A stretch of 64,000 nucleotides of DNA from an uncultured Flavobacteriales bacterium (GTDB lineage: Bacteria > Bacteroidota > Bacteroidia > Flavobacteriales_D > Crocinitomicaceae). A model generated the notes under the pieces. It was not told the DNA's origin. It worked only from the letters and a program-made list of their open reading frames with translations, and searched no databases. The DNA lies in NCBI GenBank assembly GCA_905480355.1, contig CAJQQA010000018.1, positions 12 to 64,011 of the forward strand, read 5' to 3'. Made by a program: the position numbers and the translations under genes. Positions 9,658 through 19,280 of the stretch are shown piece after piece. Each line of letters begins with the position of its first letter. Position 1 is the stretch's first letter.

Positions 9658-9873
9658 TTAAGCTTTCTTCTTTTCTTTAATCATACCGGTCAATACGACA
9701 ATTAAGAAAATCCATGGTGCTCCATGCATCAAAATGTCGACCCAATCCATCATTGCCATTTCTCGGCCATACTTTAAGTTCATGAATTGTTTCCAAATAT
9801 GTGGTTCTGGTGTAAAGGGAGCTAAACCTAATGTTAAACTGCTCAATAGTGCTATTGATAAATACTTTTTCAT
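9658..9873 (-). CDS. Small membrane protein (71 aa), function unknown
   Basis: It has an N-terminal hydrophobic segment and a C-terminal TM (APWIFLIVVLTGMI) followed by a KEKKKA tail. Its ATG overlaps the stop of the upstream hydroxylase gene (ATGA), suggesting translational coupling. Confidence 0.5.
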   Translation of the reverse strand: MKKYLSIALLSSLTLGLAPFTPEPHIWKQFMNLKYGREMAMMDWVDILMHGAPWIFLIVVLTGMIKEKKKA

Positions 9874-10763
9874 TTATCTTCAGACTTAAATGGTTCTAAG
9901 ACTTGACCAATAAATGATTCTGGATATTTCTCATCACCAGGGAAACCAAGTTCAATATCACGCCCATCTTTTGGAATGTAGGATGTTCCAAATAAATAAT
10001 CCCAACAACTCAAAGAAATTGCAAAATTCATTCCTTTTGGATGAGAACCGGGTAATACTTTAGCATGATGCCAAATGTGCATTTTTGGATTATTTAATAC
10101 ATACTTCAAGGGTCCGTAATCCCATCCTAAGTTTGCATGGTTTAAATGGCCAATTAGTACAGTCAACGAATAGACGATAAAAGCATTTTCTAGAGCAAAG
10201 CCGAAAATCATTGATAGAACTACATACTTAAACATTTGGTATGCGAACGTTTCTAAGAAATGATAACGCAAATGAGCAGCAAATCCCATTTCTTTTACAG
10301 AATGATGCACTTTATGAAACTTCCATAAGAAAGGAACGCGGTGCATTATATTATGAACTGTCCATTGTGCAAGGTCCGATACGAGAAAGAAAATAGCCAA
10401 TTGCCATGCCCATGTTACTTTCGATAAATCAATTAAGTGACCACCTGTATATCCCAACGGTCTCAACATGTCCATCAATGCTTTTACCGAAATACTTGAT
10501 AATGAAGCATATATTAATAAACTGAACAGATAGAAATTAAAGAACATGTAAAATGCATCTTGCCAAAAATCTTTTCTTATCTTTCCTTGTTCTTTTCGCC
10601 AAGGAATAAGAACTTCTAAAATCCAAATAAAAAGAGAAATCGCAATTAAAAAATAGAATCCATTTATTCCTTTCTCTGGAAAAGGTGTTGTAACAATCTT
10701 CCAAAGATAATTCGCCGTATTCTCATACGCGTGAATAAATGTATCTAAATAACTAGTCGACAT
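9870..10763 (-). CDS. Fatty acid hydroxylase / sterol desaturase family membrane protein
   Basis: Histidine boxes HNIMHRV, HKVHHS and HIWHH, with several TM segments. I prefer the ATG at 10763 (MSTSYLD...) to the track start at 10805, which reduces the overlap with the rhodanese gene to 11 nt. Confidence 0.8.
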   Translation of the reverse strand: MSTSYLDTFIHAYENTANYLWKIVTTPFPEKGINGFYFLIAISLFIWILEVLIPWRKEQGKIRKDFWQDAFYMFFNFYLFSLLIYASLSSISVKALMDMLRPLGYTGGHLIDLSKVTWAWQLAIFFLVSDLAQWTVHNIMHRVPFLWKFHKVHHSVKEMGFAAHLRYHFLETFAYQMFKYVVLSMIFGFALENAFIVYSLTVLIGHLNHANLGWDYGPLKYVLNNPKMHIWHHAKVLPGSHPKGMNFAISLSCWDYLFGTSYIPKDGRDIELGFPGDEKYPESFIGQVLEPFKSEDK

Positions 10764-11052
10764 ACGGTAACATTTTTGTCCAAGGTCCGCCGTTGTATGC
10801 TTCAACTCCGGCTACTTTCAACTGCGTTTTCGCTCCCCCCGATCGCATGCCTGATGCACAAACACAAATTACTGGAACTCCTAAGCTTTTAATTTTCTTT
10901 GTTTGACCGGGAATACTTCCTAACGGAATATTCTCCGAACCAGCTACTGATCCACCTGCAAATTCACTTGGGCTTCTTACATCAATGATGACTGCTCCAT
11001 CTTCGTTGAGCAATTTTTTATAATCCGTTTTCTTAAATAATTTTCCGAACAT
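10753..11052 (-). CDS. Single-domain rhodanese-like sulfurtransferase
   Basis: 99 aa, containing IIDVRSPSEF and the active-site loop CASGMRSG. Confidence 0.85.
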   Translation of the reverse strand: MFGKLFKKTDYKKLLNEDGAVIIDVRSPSEFAGGSVAGSENIPLGSIPGQTKKIKSLGVPVICVCASGMRSGGAKTQLKVAGVEAYNGGPWTKMLPYVD

Positions 11053-11108
11053 AATTTCTATTTAACGGTAAAGATAACTTCTTGTTACAAGACAAAATGT
11101 AACTGAAG

Positions 11109-11414
11109 TTACAAACGCTGATTTTTTAAATAAATTCTATAGGCTAAAAGCCCTGGAAAACCAAGGATGTAAATAAATGCCAATATTACCCCCTTAGCCG
11201 TGAGATAAAAATCAACAATACCTTGTTCATTCATACCTTCAATTCCGATGCCAATAAAATTAGAAAGGCTAAGGTTATCATCGGCAGTGTAGCTTTGTAA
11301 TCCATTTTCAACAACAATTTTACCATCGAATAAATTAATCGGGAAAAAGAAAAATAGGAACGCTAAAACACTTGAAAAAACGATGAAAATTAAAAGCGGT
11401 TTTTTTAACATCAA
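11109..11414 (-). CDS. Small membrane protein (101 aa), function unknown
   Basis: It has an N-terminal TM (LLIFIVFSSVLAFLFFFF) and a C-terminal TM (VILAFIYILGFPGLLAY). No recognisable motif. Confidence 0.5.
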   Translation of the reverse strand: MMLKKPLLIFIVFSSVLAFLFFFFPINLFDGKIVVENGLQSYTADDNLSLSNFIGIGIEGMNEQGIVDFYLTAKGVILAFIYILGFPGLLAYRIYLKNQRL

Positions 11415-11458
11415 TTATTTATTTGGTAGTTACAAAGATACCTTTAATTTTACAATGG

Positions 11459-12568
11459 ATGATTACAAAGTTGGCTTATTTCTCAAGTTCTACAAGTTGG
11501 GGAGGATTAGAAATGAATATACTTCGTTACGCAAAATGGATGCGTGATCGAGGCCATCTTGTCATCGTTATAGGGGTTCATAATTCGCGTCTTGTCGTCG
11601 AAGCTGAAGCTCTAAATATACCAACATTGCTTGTTCAAAAGCAAAAAAAATACTACGATTTCAATAAAGCCAAACATTTAGCCAGTATTCTGAAAGAGAA
11701 TGGGGTAAGTCATCTAGTTATTCGCTCTACCTATGACATGAGTATTCTTGCAAGCGTAAAAAGAAAATTAAAAGACAAGGTTACGACATGCTATATTATG
11801 GCAATGCAATTGGGAGTAAAAAAGACCAACTTTTTGCATACCCTTCGCTATCGATATCTTGACATCTGGGTAAGTCCTTTGCCTTGGTTAAAAAAGCAAG
11901 TCGAAGAGATGACCCATTTTAAGAATGAGCTAGTACTGATTCCTTTAGGTTTAGAGTTAGAAAAATTCAACACTATTTGTTCCCGAGAAGATGCAAGAAA
12001 AGAATTAAATCTTCCTTACAAAAACTTAACATTTGGATTAATTGGACGTTTTGACATTCAAAAAGGACAATTATTGCTGCTTGAAGCAATGAAAAAGTCA
12101 AAGAATAAGGACTATAATATTGTCCTTCTTGGCGAACCAACAATGAATGAAGGTGATGATTATTTCAAACAAATAAAAACAATCACATCAAGTCCGGAAA
12201 TTAAAAAACGTGTTTTCATTCGACCTTTTCGAAGTGACGTGACTTCGTTTTATTCAGCAATAGATTGGACAGTAATGGCAACCAAAACGGAAACTTTTGG
12301 AATGGTCACTATTGAATCTTTGGCTTGTGGAACTCCTGTTCTCGGAAGTAATGCTGGTGGAACTCCAGAATTATTAGAACATGAGAAAGGAGGAGTTTTA
12401 TTTGAAACAATGAACAGTGATGATTTGGCCAATAAAATAGACGCTATTATTGAAGCTGAGCTGAAATTAGACCCAGATGTACTACGTCAAATGGTAAAAA
12501 AATATGATCATTCTAATTTCTGCCGACAATTCGAAATTGCTTTAAAAATAAAGTCAATCAAGGAATAA
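11459..12568 (+). CDS. Glycosyltransferase, GT4 (GT-B) family
   Basis: N-terminus SSSTSWGGLE and C-terminal region TETFGMVTIESLACGTPVLGSNAGGTPE (an EX7E-like motif). The ATG at 11459 is preferred to the alternative upstream start at 11423. Confidence 0.85.
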   Translation: MITKLAYFSSSTSWGGLEMNILRYAKWMRDRGHLVIVIGVHNSRLVVEAEALNIPTLLVQKQKKYYDFNKAKHLASILKENGVSHLVIRSTYDMSILASVKRKLKDKVTTCYIMAMQLGVKKTNFLHTLRYRYLDIWVSPLPWLKKQVEEMTHFKNELVLIPLGLELEKFNTICSREDARKELNLPYKNLTFGLIGRFDIQKGQLLLLEAMKKSKNKDYNIVLLGEPTMNEGDDYFKQIKTITSSPEIKKRVFIRPFRSDVTSFYSAIDWTVMATKTETFGMVTIESLACGTPVLGSNAGGTPELLEHEKGGVLFETMNSDDLANKIDAIIEAELKLDPDVLRQMVKKYDHSNFCRQFEIALKIKSIKE

Positions 12569-12606
12569 CAATTTAAATTCAAAATTCTCGTTAAATTAGT
12601 TGACAC

Positions 12607-14172
12607 ATGAATTTATATTCTAAAAAACAAAAATGGAAAATTGCACTGCTGATTTTCGCGCTCCTGCTCGTTAGTGCGTCATTGTTTTTGTCTAATAAGA
12701 TTGTATCGAAGGTTGAATCTAGAGAACAAGAACGTGCAGAACAGTGGGCTGGTACAATTCAGAAAAAGGTAGAATTAGTTCAATTGACCAACACTACTTT
12801 TTCTCAGCTCCGTGATTTAGAACGGGGTAAAATATCCTTGTGGATTGATGCAACCAAGGAAGTTTCAAAAGAAAGTCCCCTCGGTGTTGTAACAAATTAT
12901 GACTTCCCATTAAAGATCATCAAAGCCAACAAAGACATCCCTGTTATTTTATTAGACGGTGATCAAAACGTGTCTGGTAATATCAATCTTGATTTCGACA
13001 CTTCAGATATTCGGGCTGTTCACCCAGTCGCTACTAAGCAAGAAATACGTCAGTTTTTTAATGATTCATTAGTGCTTCTCGCTAGTCAATGGGAAGAAAA
13101 TAACCCTCCATTTACGATAGAAATATACGCCGGGTTATTTATGACCTATTATTATTTTGATTCCAAAGCAATACTTAAGCTAGAAATTGAAAGAGATTCA
13201 TTGATCTCTGCATTTAATCGGGACTTAATAAACAATGATGGTTTGATTCCTGTCTTACTCATCGATTCGGATACAAAAGAAATCATCGGAAACAATATTG
13301 ATGAATACATTGTTGATTCATCCAATTTAGATCAATACATTTCACAATTTGAATTGGCCAATGAACCAATACTTATTGATTTCAATAATGAAAAAACGAG
13401 CACTTTATACTACGACGACAGTACAGAATTAAAACAACTTCAATATTTCCCATACATTCAATTTATGGTGATTGGTTTATTTGCCCTTATTGGGTATTTA
13501 ATATTTAGCACTTTTAGAAAAGCAGAACAAAATCAAGTTTGGGCGGGAATGGCAAAGGAAACGGCGCACCAGTTAGGGACTCCGCTTTCTTCTTTGATGG
13601 CATGGGTGCAGCTACTTGAAACGCAAGGAGTTGATTCTTCTGTAACCATGGAAATGCAAAAAGATGTTGATCGTTTAGAAAAAGTCACAGACCGCTTCTC
13701 CAAAATTGGTTCCGGCGCTAAATTAGATTCTCAGAATCTTGGTGAAACCGTTGAAAACGTCATTTCCTATTTGCGACCTCGTATTTCTGACAAAGTTGAA
13801 GTAACTATTAATGTGGATGAACTTGCCATTGCCAAGCACAATGCTTCGCTAATAGAATGGGTAGTTGAGAACATCTGCAAGAACGCAGTTGATGCCATGA
13901 AAGGTGTTGGTCATCTTGAAATTAATGTTGTAAAATCAGACAATTGGGTGTTTATTGACATCAAGGATAATGGGAAAGGAATTCCCTCGAAGCAATTAAA
14001 AACGATTTTTGAACCTGGTTTCTCCACAAAATCTAGAGGCTGGGGATTAGGATTGTCTTTGGTGAAAAGAATTGTCAAAGAATACCACAAGGGGAATGTG
14101 GTTGTTTTAGAGTCTCAAATTAACGTAGGAACGGTGTTTCGGGTAAGTATTCCAATAGAGAATAAAAGCTAA
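12607..14172 (+). CDS. Membrane sensor histidine kinase (orphan, no adjacent response regulator)
   Basis: 521 aa with two TM segments. H-box AHQLGTPLSSLMAW, N-box ENICKNAVDA, and G-boxes DNGKGIP and GWGLGLSLVKRIV. Confidence 0.9.
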   Translation: MNLYSKKQKWKIALLIFALLLVSASLFLSNKIVSKVESREQERAEQWAGTIQKKVELVQLTNTTFSQLRDLERGKISLWIDATKEVSKESPLGVVTNYDFPLKIIKANKDIPVILLDGDQNVSGNINLDFDTSDIRAVHPVATKQEIRQFFNDSLVLLASQWEENNPPFTIEIYAGLFMTYYYFDSKAILKLEIERDSLISAFNRDLINNDGLIPVLLIDSDTKEIIGNNIDEYIVDSSNLDQYISQFELANEPILIDFNNEKTSTLYYDDSTELKQLQYFPYIQFMVIGLFALIGYLIFSTFRKAEQNQVWAGMAKETAHQLGTPLSSLMAWVQLLETQGVDSSVTMEMQKDVDRLEKVTDRFSKIGSGAKLDSQNLGETVENVISYLRPRISDKVEVTINVDELAIAKHNASLIEWVVENICKNAVDAMKGVGHLEINVVKSDNWVFIDIKDNGKGIPSKQLKTIFEPGFSTKSRGWGLGLSLVKRIVKEYHKGNVVVLESQINVGTVFRVSIPIENKS

Positions 14173-14216
14173 AAAGCTCTGTTTTAGTGAGAAATGTGGC
14201 TATTGATTTATTGAAT

Positions 14217-15476
14217 CTACAAACGCTTCACAAACTCAATTAACAAAGTTGTAATATCATCATACTCACTAAAGCTCAGTTCTTCGTAAGCATCAAACAC
14301 ATCATGATAATGTTTATTCGGCCCCATTGTATAGATGAAGATTGCTGGTACACCTTTCTCTGAAAACCAATAATGATCTGAATTTGCAGCTGGGCCTCGA
14401 ATTTTGATTTTCTCCAGTAAATTCTTTTCTTTATTTATTGTTTGAAGCAAATCAAACTGTTCCTTGAATAAAGTACCATTGACAACAGTGATTCCTTCTT
14501 CCCCGCTGCCCATGATGTCCAAATTAACTAAAAATTTTATCTTTTTTAATTTAAGAATTGGGTTTTCTACGAAGAATTTAGACCCAACCAATCCTGCCTC
14601 TTCACCTGCAAAAGCAACAAATAGAATGTTGTATTCTGACGGATTCTCTTTAAAATACTTCGCCATGGTTAGAAGCATTGCTGTGCCCGATGCATTATCA
14701 TTTGCTCCAGGGAAATACGTTCCTGCACCCATTCTCCCCAGATGATCATAATGGGCTGTAAACATGAGGGTTTTATTGCACTTTTTTCGAGCTGGAACGT
14801 AGGCAATAACATTTTGTGTACGGTAATCTTTAATCAGCTTTGCATCAACGATCAGTTCAAAATCTATCCCTTTAGCGTAGACAGAATCTTGCAATTGAAT
14901 GAAAGGGAAATACGACTGCTCTCTACCAACAGACCACGTAAACTTTTTATTGACTAGCTCTATTACTGGCATTAAAGTAGCAATTTCATTTATAATTCCT
15001 TGAACCTGTGTCAAGGTGTCTCCTTTTGCATCAAGACAATTAAAAACGAGCACTTCAGACGAGGGATTTCTTCTTATCTCAGAAATCAAGCCACGTAAAA
15101 AATCCAAATCAAGAACTTGTTCAGTTGTTATTTCAGTCGTATGCAAAGAATATTGCCCTCCAATAGAGCTTGGGTTAATTGAAAAATGAAGCCCTGGAAT
15201 AAATTGCTTGTCCTTTTGAGAAAGATTCATTTTCCCAGGAAAAGTATTGACATCTAACCAAAAGTATTGATAATAGCTGTCTAAATATGGTTCGATTTCA
15301 AGTTTAGTAAACTCTTCTACAAGAAAAGCTGCAGCGATTGAATCGCCATGCTGAACATACCCCCTTCCATGAAATTCAGGAGAACATAATTTTTCTGTAA
15401 TTCTTCTTACTTCTTCTATTTGCCCATAAGCAACAGAACAAAATAGTCCAAGAATAAGAACGAGGAACTTATGCAT
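14217..15476 (-). CDS. M28 family aminopeptidase (secreted)
   Basis: Signal peptide, then HYDHLGR, NDNASGTAMLL and FAGEEAGLVGSKFF. Confidence 0.9.
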   Translation of the reverse strand: MHKFLVLILGLFCSVAYGQIEEVRRITEKLCSPEFHGRGYVQHGDSIAAAFLVEEFTKLEIEPYLDSYYQYFWLDVNTFPGKMNLSQKDKQFIPGLHFSINPSSIGGQYSLHTTEITTEQVLDLDFLRGLISEIRRNPSSEVLVFNCLDAKGDTLTQVQGIINEIATLMPVIELVNKKFTWSVGREQSYFPFIQLQDSVYAKGIDFELIVDAKLIKDYRTQNVIAYVPARKKCNKTLMFTAHYDHLGRMGAGTYFPGANDNASGTAMLLTMAKYFKENPSEYNILFVAFAGEEAGLVGSKFFVENPILKLKKIKFLVNLDIMGSGEEGITVVNGTLFKEQFDLLQTINKEKNLLEKIKIRGPAANSDHYWFSEKGVPAIFIYTMGPNKHYHDVFDAYEELSFSEYDDITTLLIEFVKRL

Positions 15477-16242
15477 AACGTCGGCTCACAAAAGAAATAA
15501 ATTCCGCTACAGATTCTTCTTCTGGATCCCATTCATGCGTGGATGCTAATTCATTCATTTGCGAATTTAACGCCTCCAGATCAGATTGTGTGTCCAGTAT
15601 TTTAATTGCGTCGCTAAACTTCTCACTTGAACCATCAAATAAATCATTGATAAAGCGCAATTTCTCGTTTAAACCAAAAGCCCCAATTAATGTGTCTATT
15701 TTTGATCCACTCATCAGTGTATTCAAGGACTGATCAGAAATGTTCATCTGCTCCATAAACGTTTCATTTGAATTGTTCTTCTCTACCGGTATCGCAGAGT
15801 TTTCAATCAGTATCGCCTCTTCATCAATCCTAACCTCTTCCAATTGTTCTTCAATTACATCTCCTAAAATTGACTCTATATCGCCTGGCTCATCATCCTG
15901 CTTTACTTCATCAATGATTGGTTCAAATGAGAAAATATCTTCCTCTTTTTCTTCCACAGTTTCTGATGTTGGTTTCCAATCAAAAGCTTCTACTTCGTCT
16001 TGTTCCTCGATAGATTCAACAATAACTTCTGGTATCGACACCTCTTCTTCAATATCCTCAATAGTTGATTCTAAATTGTTTTCAAAGGCTTTGTACTTTA
16101 GAATAATTGATCGTTCATGAATAGCTCGTGTCAATTCTTCAAGTTTAGACAGTTCATCTCTTGTTAATTCTCCTTGATCAAGCTTTTCTACCAAATTCTT
16201 TACCTCGTCTATTTGGTTTTTATACAATTGTAAATTCTTCAT
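15469..16242 (-). CDS. Highly acidic hypothetical protein (257 aa)
   Basis: A long ORF with a coiled-coil-like N-terminus, a Glu/Asp-rich centre and a conserved-looking C-terminus (LIGAFGLNEKLRFINDLF). Its stop overlaps the M28 peptidase start by 8 nt. Confidence 0.6.
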   Translation of the reverse strand: MKNLQLYKNQIDEVKNLVEKLDQGELTRDELSKLEELTRAIHERSIILKYKAFENNLESTIEDIEEEVSIPEVIVESIEEQDEVEAFDWKPTSETVEEKEEDIFSFEPIIDEVKQDDEPGDIESILGDVIEEQLEEVRIDEEAILIENSAIPVEKNNSNETFMEQMNISDQSLNTLMSGSKIDTLIGAFGLNEKLRFINDLFDGSSEKFSDAIKILDTQSDLEALNSQMNELASTHEWDPEEESVAEFISFVSRRYA

Positions 16243-16417
16243 TTCTTATGGGGTATATTGACTTTTCAACATTTTAACTAAGTTGCTAACGAAGTCACTT
16301 TTTAAAGCAACAAAATAACGAACTTAGTCCTCAAAGTTACTGAAGAAATTTACGCGAAGAATTTGATTCTTTTCTTTTTTTCTTCGTTACAATGTTGATA
16401 ACCTCAAACGAACAATT

Positions 16418-16993
16418 ATGTTTTTAGAACATTTTCCAAACGAATTAAACCAACATGGTTGGATAGAAGTTGTTTGTGGCTCTATGTTTTCAGGAAAAAC
16501 TGAGGAATTAATACGTCGATTAAAGCGAGCAGAATTTGCAAATCAAAAGATCTTATTGGTCAAGCCAAGTATTGACGATCGTTTTCATAAAGAAGATGTA
16601 GTAAGTCACCAAGGATCAAGTTTTACAGCTATTTCAGTGAATGATTCCAAAGAAATAATTGAGCTGTGGAAGAAAGAAAAAGTTGTTGCTATCGATGAGG
16701 CGCAGTTTTTTGATCTGGGCATAGTTCACACTTGCACGTATTTAGCTGAAAAAGGCGTAAGAGTAATTGTTGCTGGTTTAGACATGGATTTTCAAGGAAT
16801 TCCGTTTGGTCCAATGCCTCAAATTTTGAGTATTGCCGAATACGTTACCAAGGTTCACGCAATATGCTTATCTTGTGGCAACTTAGCACAGTTTTCGCAC
16901 CGAACAGTTGAACAAAAAGAACAAGTTTTGGTAGGAGCAGTTGAAGAATACAAACCGCTTTGTCGATCGTGCTTCAATAAAATATCGCATTGA
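16418..16993 (+). CDS. tdk: Thymidine kinase
   Basis: GSMFSGKTEELIRRLKR (P-loop), VIAIDEAQFF and a C-terminal CxxC...CRSC zinc motif. Confidence 0.95.
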   Translation: MFLEHFPNELNQHGWIEVVCGSMFSGKTEELIRRLKRAEFANQKILLVKPSIDDRFHKEDVVSHQGSSFTAISVNDSKEIIELWKKEKVVAIDEAQFFDLGIVHTCTYLAEKGVRVIVAGLDMDFQGIPFGPMPQILSIAEYVTKVHAICLSCGNLAQFSHRTVEQKEQVLVGAVEEYKPLCRSCFNKISH

Positions 16994-19263
16994 AACTTGA
17001 CTATTCATACCAAGAAATAGAGCAATTATTTAGTTCAGAAAAATCAATTTCTGCCGCTAGAATATCATCTATTTCTTTTGACTCTCGAAGAATAATTAAT
17101 GGAAATCATGTTTTATTTTTTGCTTTGGAAGGCATTTTTAGAAATGGGCATTCTTTTCTAATCGAAGCCTACGAAAAAGGTGTTCGACATTTTGTTGTTT
17201 CTAAAAAAGGGGCAACTTCCGATTTGGAAAATGCACATGAAATTGTCGTAAAAAATAGCCTAGAAGCATTAGAGCAATTAGCCTTTTTTCATAGGAATCA
17301 ATTCACCATACCAATTGTTGCAATTACTGGAAGCAATGGGAAAACAACTGTTAAGGAATGGCTCTCATACGTTTTGAGTGGCACTCATAATGTTGCTCGA
17401 AGTCCAAAAAGTTATAACTCTCGATTAGGCGTGGCATTATCTTTACTTGAATTAAATTCTGATTCTCATTTCGGAATTATTGAAGTTGGAATCGGGTCAA
17501 AAGAAAGCATGAAGCAGCATCGAGAAATTATCCAACCAACACATGGTGTGTTTTGTTCTTTTGGAGAATCTCACAGAGAATTATACGCTTCAGCGCAAGA
17601 ACATTTAAATGAAAAAGTCTCTCTTTTCCAAGAAATGGAAGAGTTTATTTACCCTAATGTCATTACTGAACAGCTCCCGAAAAATGGCAAGGCAATCGAC
17701 GCTGCCGAATTCACCTTCTTTTTCACCTCTTTTCCATTGACTGATAGAGCCAGTTTACAAAATATTAGTTTAGTCATTGCAATGGCGAAGCAGCTGGGCA
17801 TTTCTGATAAAGAAATACATAAACGATTGGCGGAATTATCTCCGTTAGCATTACGATTGGAAACTTACGATGGAATCAATGATAACATTATTATCAATGA
17901 CACCTATAATTTAGATTTGGATTCGCTCAAGCATTCTCTAAGTTATCAATTGGCCAATTGCAACGGCAAAAATAGAATTGTAATTATAGGAACAGGGACA
18001 GACTCTTTACTAAATGAAAAGAAAATTCGATCTATTATTTCGAAATATGAACCGATTCAATTATTGTTAAATATTTCTACTAACGATGAGCAATTAGAAA
18101 AGACACAAAACGCTAGTATTTTGATTAAGGGCTCGCGGTCATCTCAAATGAAATTAATTGCGCGTAATCTGAAGGTTAAAAATCATCAAACTTATTTGGA
18201 ATTTGATTTAAAATCAATTCGACATAATATCAACTATTTCAAATCAAAATTAGCGTCGAATACTAAATTGATGTGCATGATTAAAGCTTCATCTTACGGA
18301 TCTGATGCTAAAACCATGGGAGCCTTTTTAGCACAAATGGGCGTTGATTATTTAGGTGTTGCATATGTTAATGAAGGAATCGAATTGCGAAGAAAGGGTA
18401 TCAAAACTCCAATATTTGTTATGAATTGTGAGGAGAATTCATTATCAGAGTGCTTATCTAATCAATTGGAACCTGCAATTTATTCTTTAGCCCAGCTGAA
18501 TAATTTTATTACCGCACTAATTAGTCATTCGAAAATAAATTACCCAATTCATATCAAATTAGAAACGGGTATGAACCGTCTTGGTTTTCTGAAGGCGGAT
18601 ATTTTACCTTTAATTGATATTATCAAAGCACAACCAGAAGTCAAAATCCAAAGTATCTATTCTCATTTAGCTGAAAGTGATAAAATAAACTCTGAGTTCA
18701 CACAGCAACAGATTGACATTCTTGCAGAGAATGCAGGTTTAATTCAAAAAGAATTTTCATATCCAATTCTCCGTCATATTCTTAATTCAGAAGGAATTGT
18801 CAATTATACTCAAGCACAATTTGAGATGGTTCGCTTAGGTCTCGGAATGTATGGTGTCTCATCCAATAATAATTTAAGAGAGGCAATTACTTGGAAAAGT
18901 GCTGTTTCTCAAATTAAACGTGTGGAAAAAGGTGATTCGATTGGCTACAATCGCTCTTTCAAAGCTTCCAACGATATGAAAATTGCTATTATTCCAGTTG
19001 GATATGCCGATGGTTTTCCGCGAGTTTTAGGAAATGGAAAATGTGGAATTTATATCAATAACGAATACTGTCTAACGGTTGGTAACGTATGTATGGATAT
19101 GATTATGGTTGATGTCACGAATGTAATTACAAAAGAAGGAGATGTCGTTGAAATTATTGGAGTTAATCAACGTGTAGGTGACTTAGCAGCAAGAATTGGT
19201 ACGATTCCCTATGAATTAATGACTGGTTTTTCTTCTCGATTACCCCGTGTTTATATTAATTAA
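16990..19263 (+). CDS. Bifunctional UDP-MurNAc-tripeptide:D-Ala-D-Ala ligase (MurF) / alanine racemase (Alr) fusion
   Basis: 757 aa. The N-terminal half has DSRRI..G..FFAL.G and ITGSNGKTTVKEW. The C-terminal half has MIKASSYGSDA (PLP-Lys region), IPVGYADGFPR and CMDMIMVDV. The TTG start at 16990 overlaps the tdk stop (TTGA). Confidence 0.9.
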   Translation: MKLDYSYQEIEQLFSSEKSISAARISSISFDSRRIINGNHVLFFALEGIFRNGHSFLIEAYEKGVRHFVVSKKGATSDLENAHEIVVKNSLEALEQLAFFHRNQFTIPIVAITGSNGKTTVKEWLSYVLSGTHNVARSPKSYNSRLGVALSLLELNSDSHFGIIEVGIGSKESMKQHREIIQPTHGVFCSFGESHRELYASAQEHLNEKVSLFQEMEEFIYPNVITEQLPKNGKAIDAAEFTFFFTSFPLTDRASLQNISLVIAMAKQLGISDKEIHKRLAELSPLALRLETYDGINDNIIINDTYNLDLDSLKHSLSYQLANCNGKNRIVIIGTGTDSLLNEKKIRSIISKYEPIQLLLNISTNDEQLEKTQNASILIKGSRSSQMKLIARNLKVKNHQTYLEFDLKSIRHNINYFKSKLASNTKLMCMIKASSYGSDAKTMGAFLAQMGVDYLGVAYVNEGIELRRKGIKTPIFVMNCEENSLSECLSNQLEPAIYSLAQLNNFITALISHSKINYPIHIKLETGMNRLGFLKADILPLIDIIKAQPEVKIQSIYSHLAESDKINSEFTQQQIDILAENAGLIQKEFSYPILRHILNSEGIVNYTQAQFEMVRLGLGMYGVSSNNNLREAITWKSAVSQIKRVEKGDSIGYNRSFKASNDMKIAIIPVGYADGFPRVLGNGKCGIYINNEYCLTVGNVCMDMIMVDVTNVITKEGDVVEIIGVNQRVGDLAARIGTIPYELMTGFSSRLPRVYIN

Positions 19264-19280
19264 TCGCTACTATCGAAACT

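Noticed and set aside
15740-16120. 126-aa Ser-rich plus-strand ORF
   Set aside because: It is antisense to the Glu-rich acidic protein gene, where GAA/GAG read backwards gives TTC/CTC and Ser/Phe-rich frames. It is a compositional artefact.
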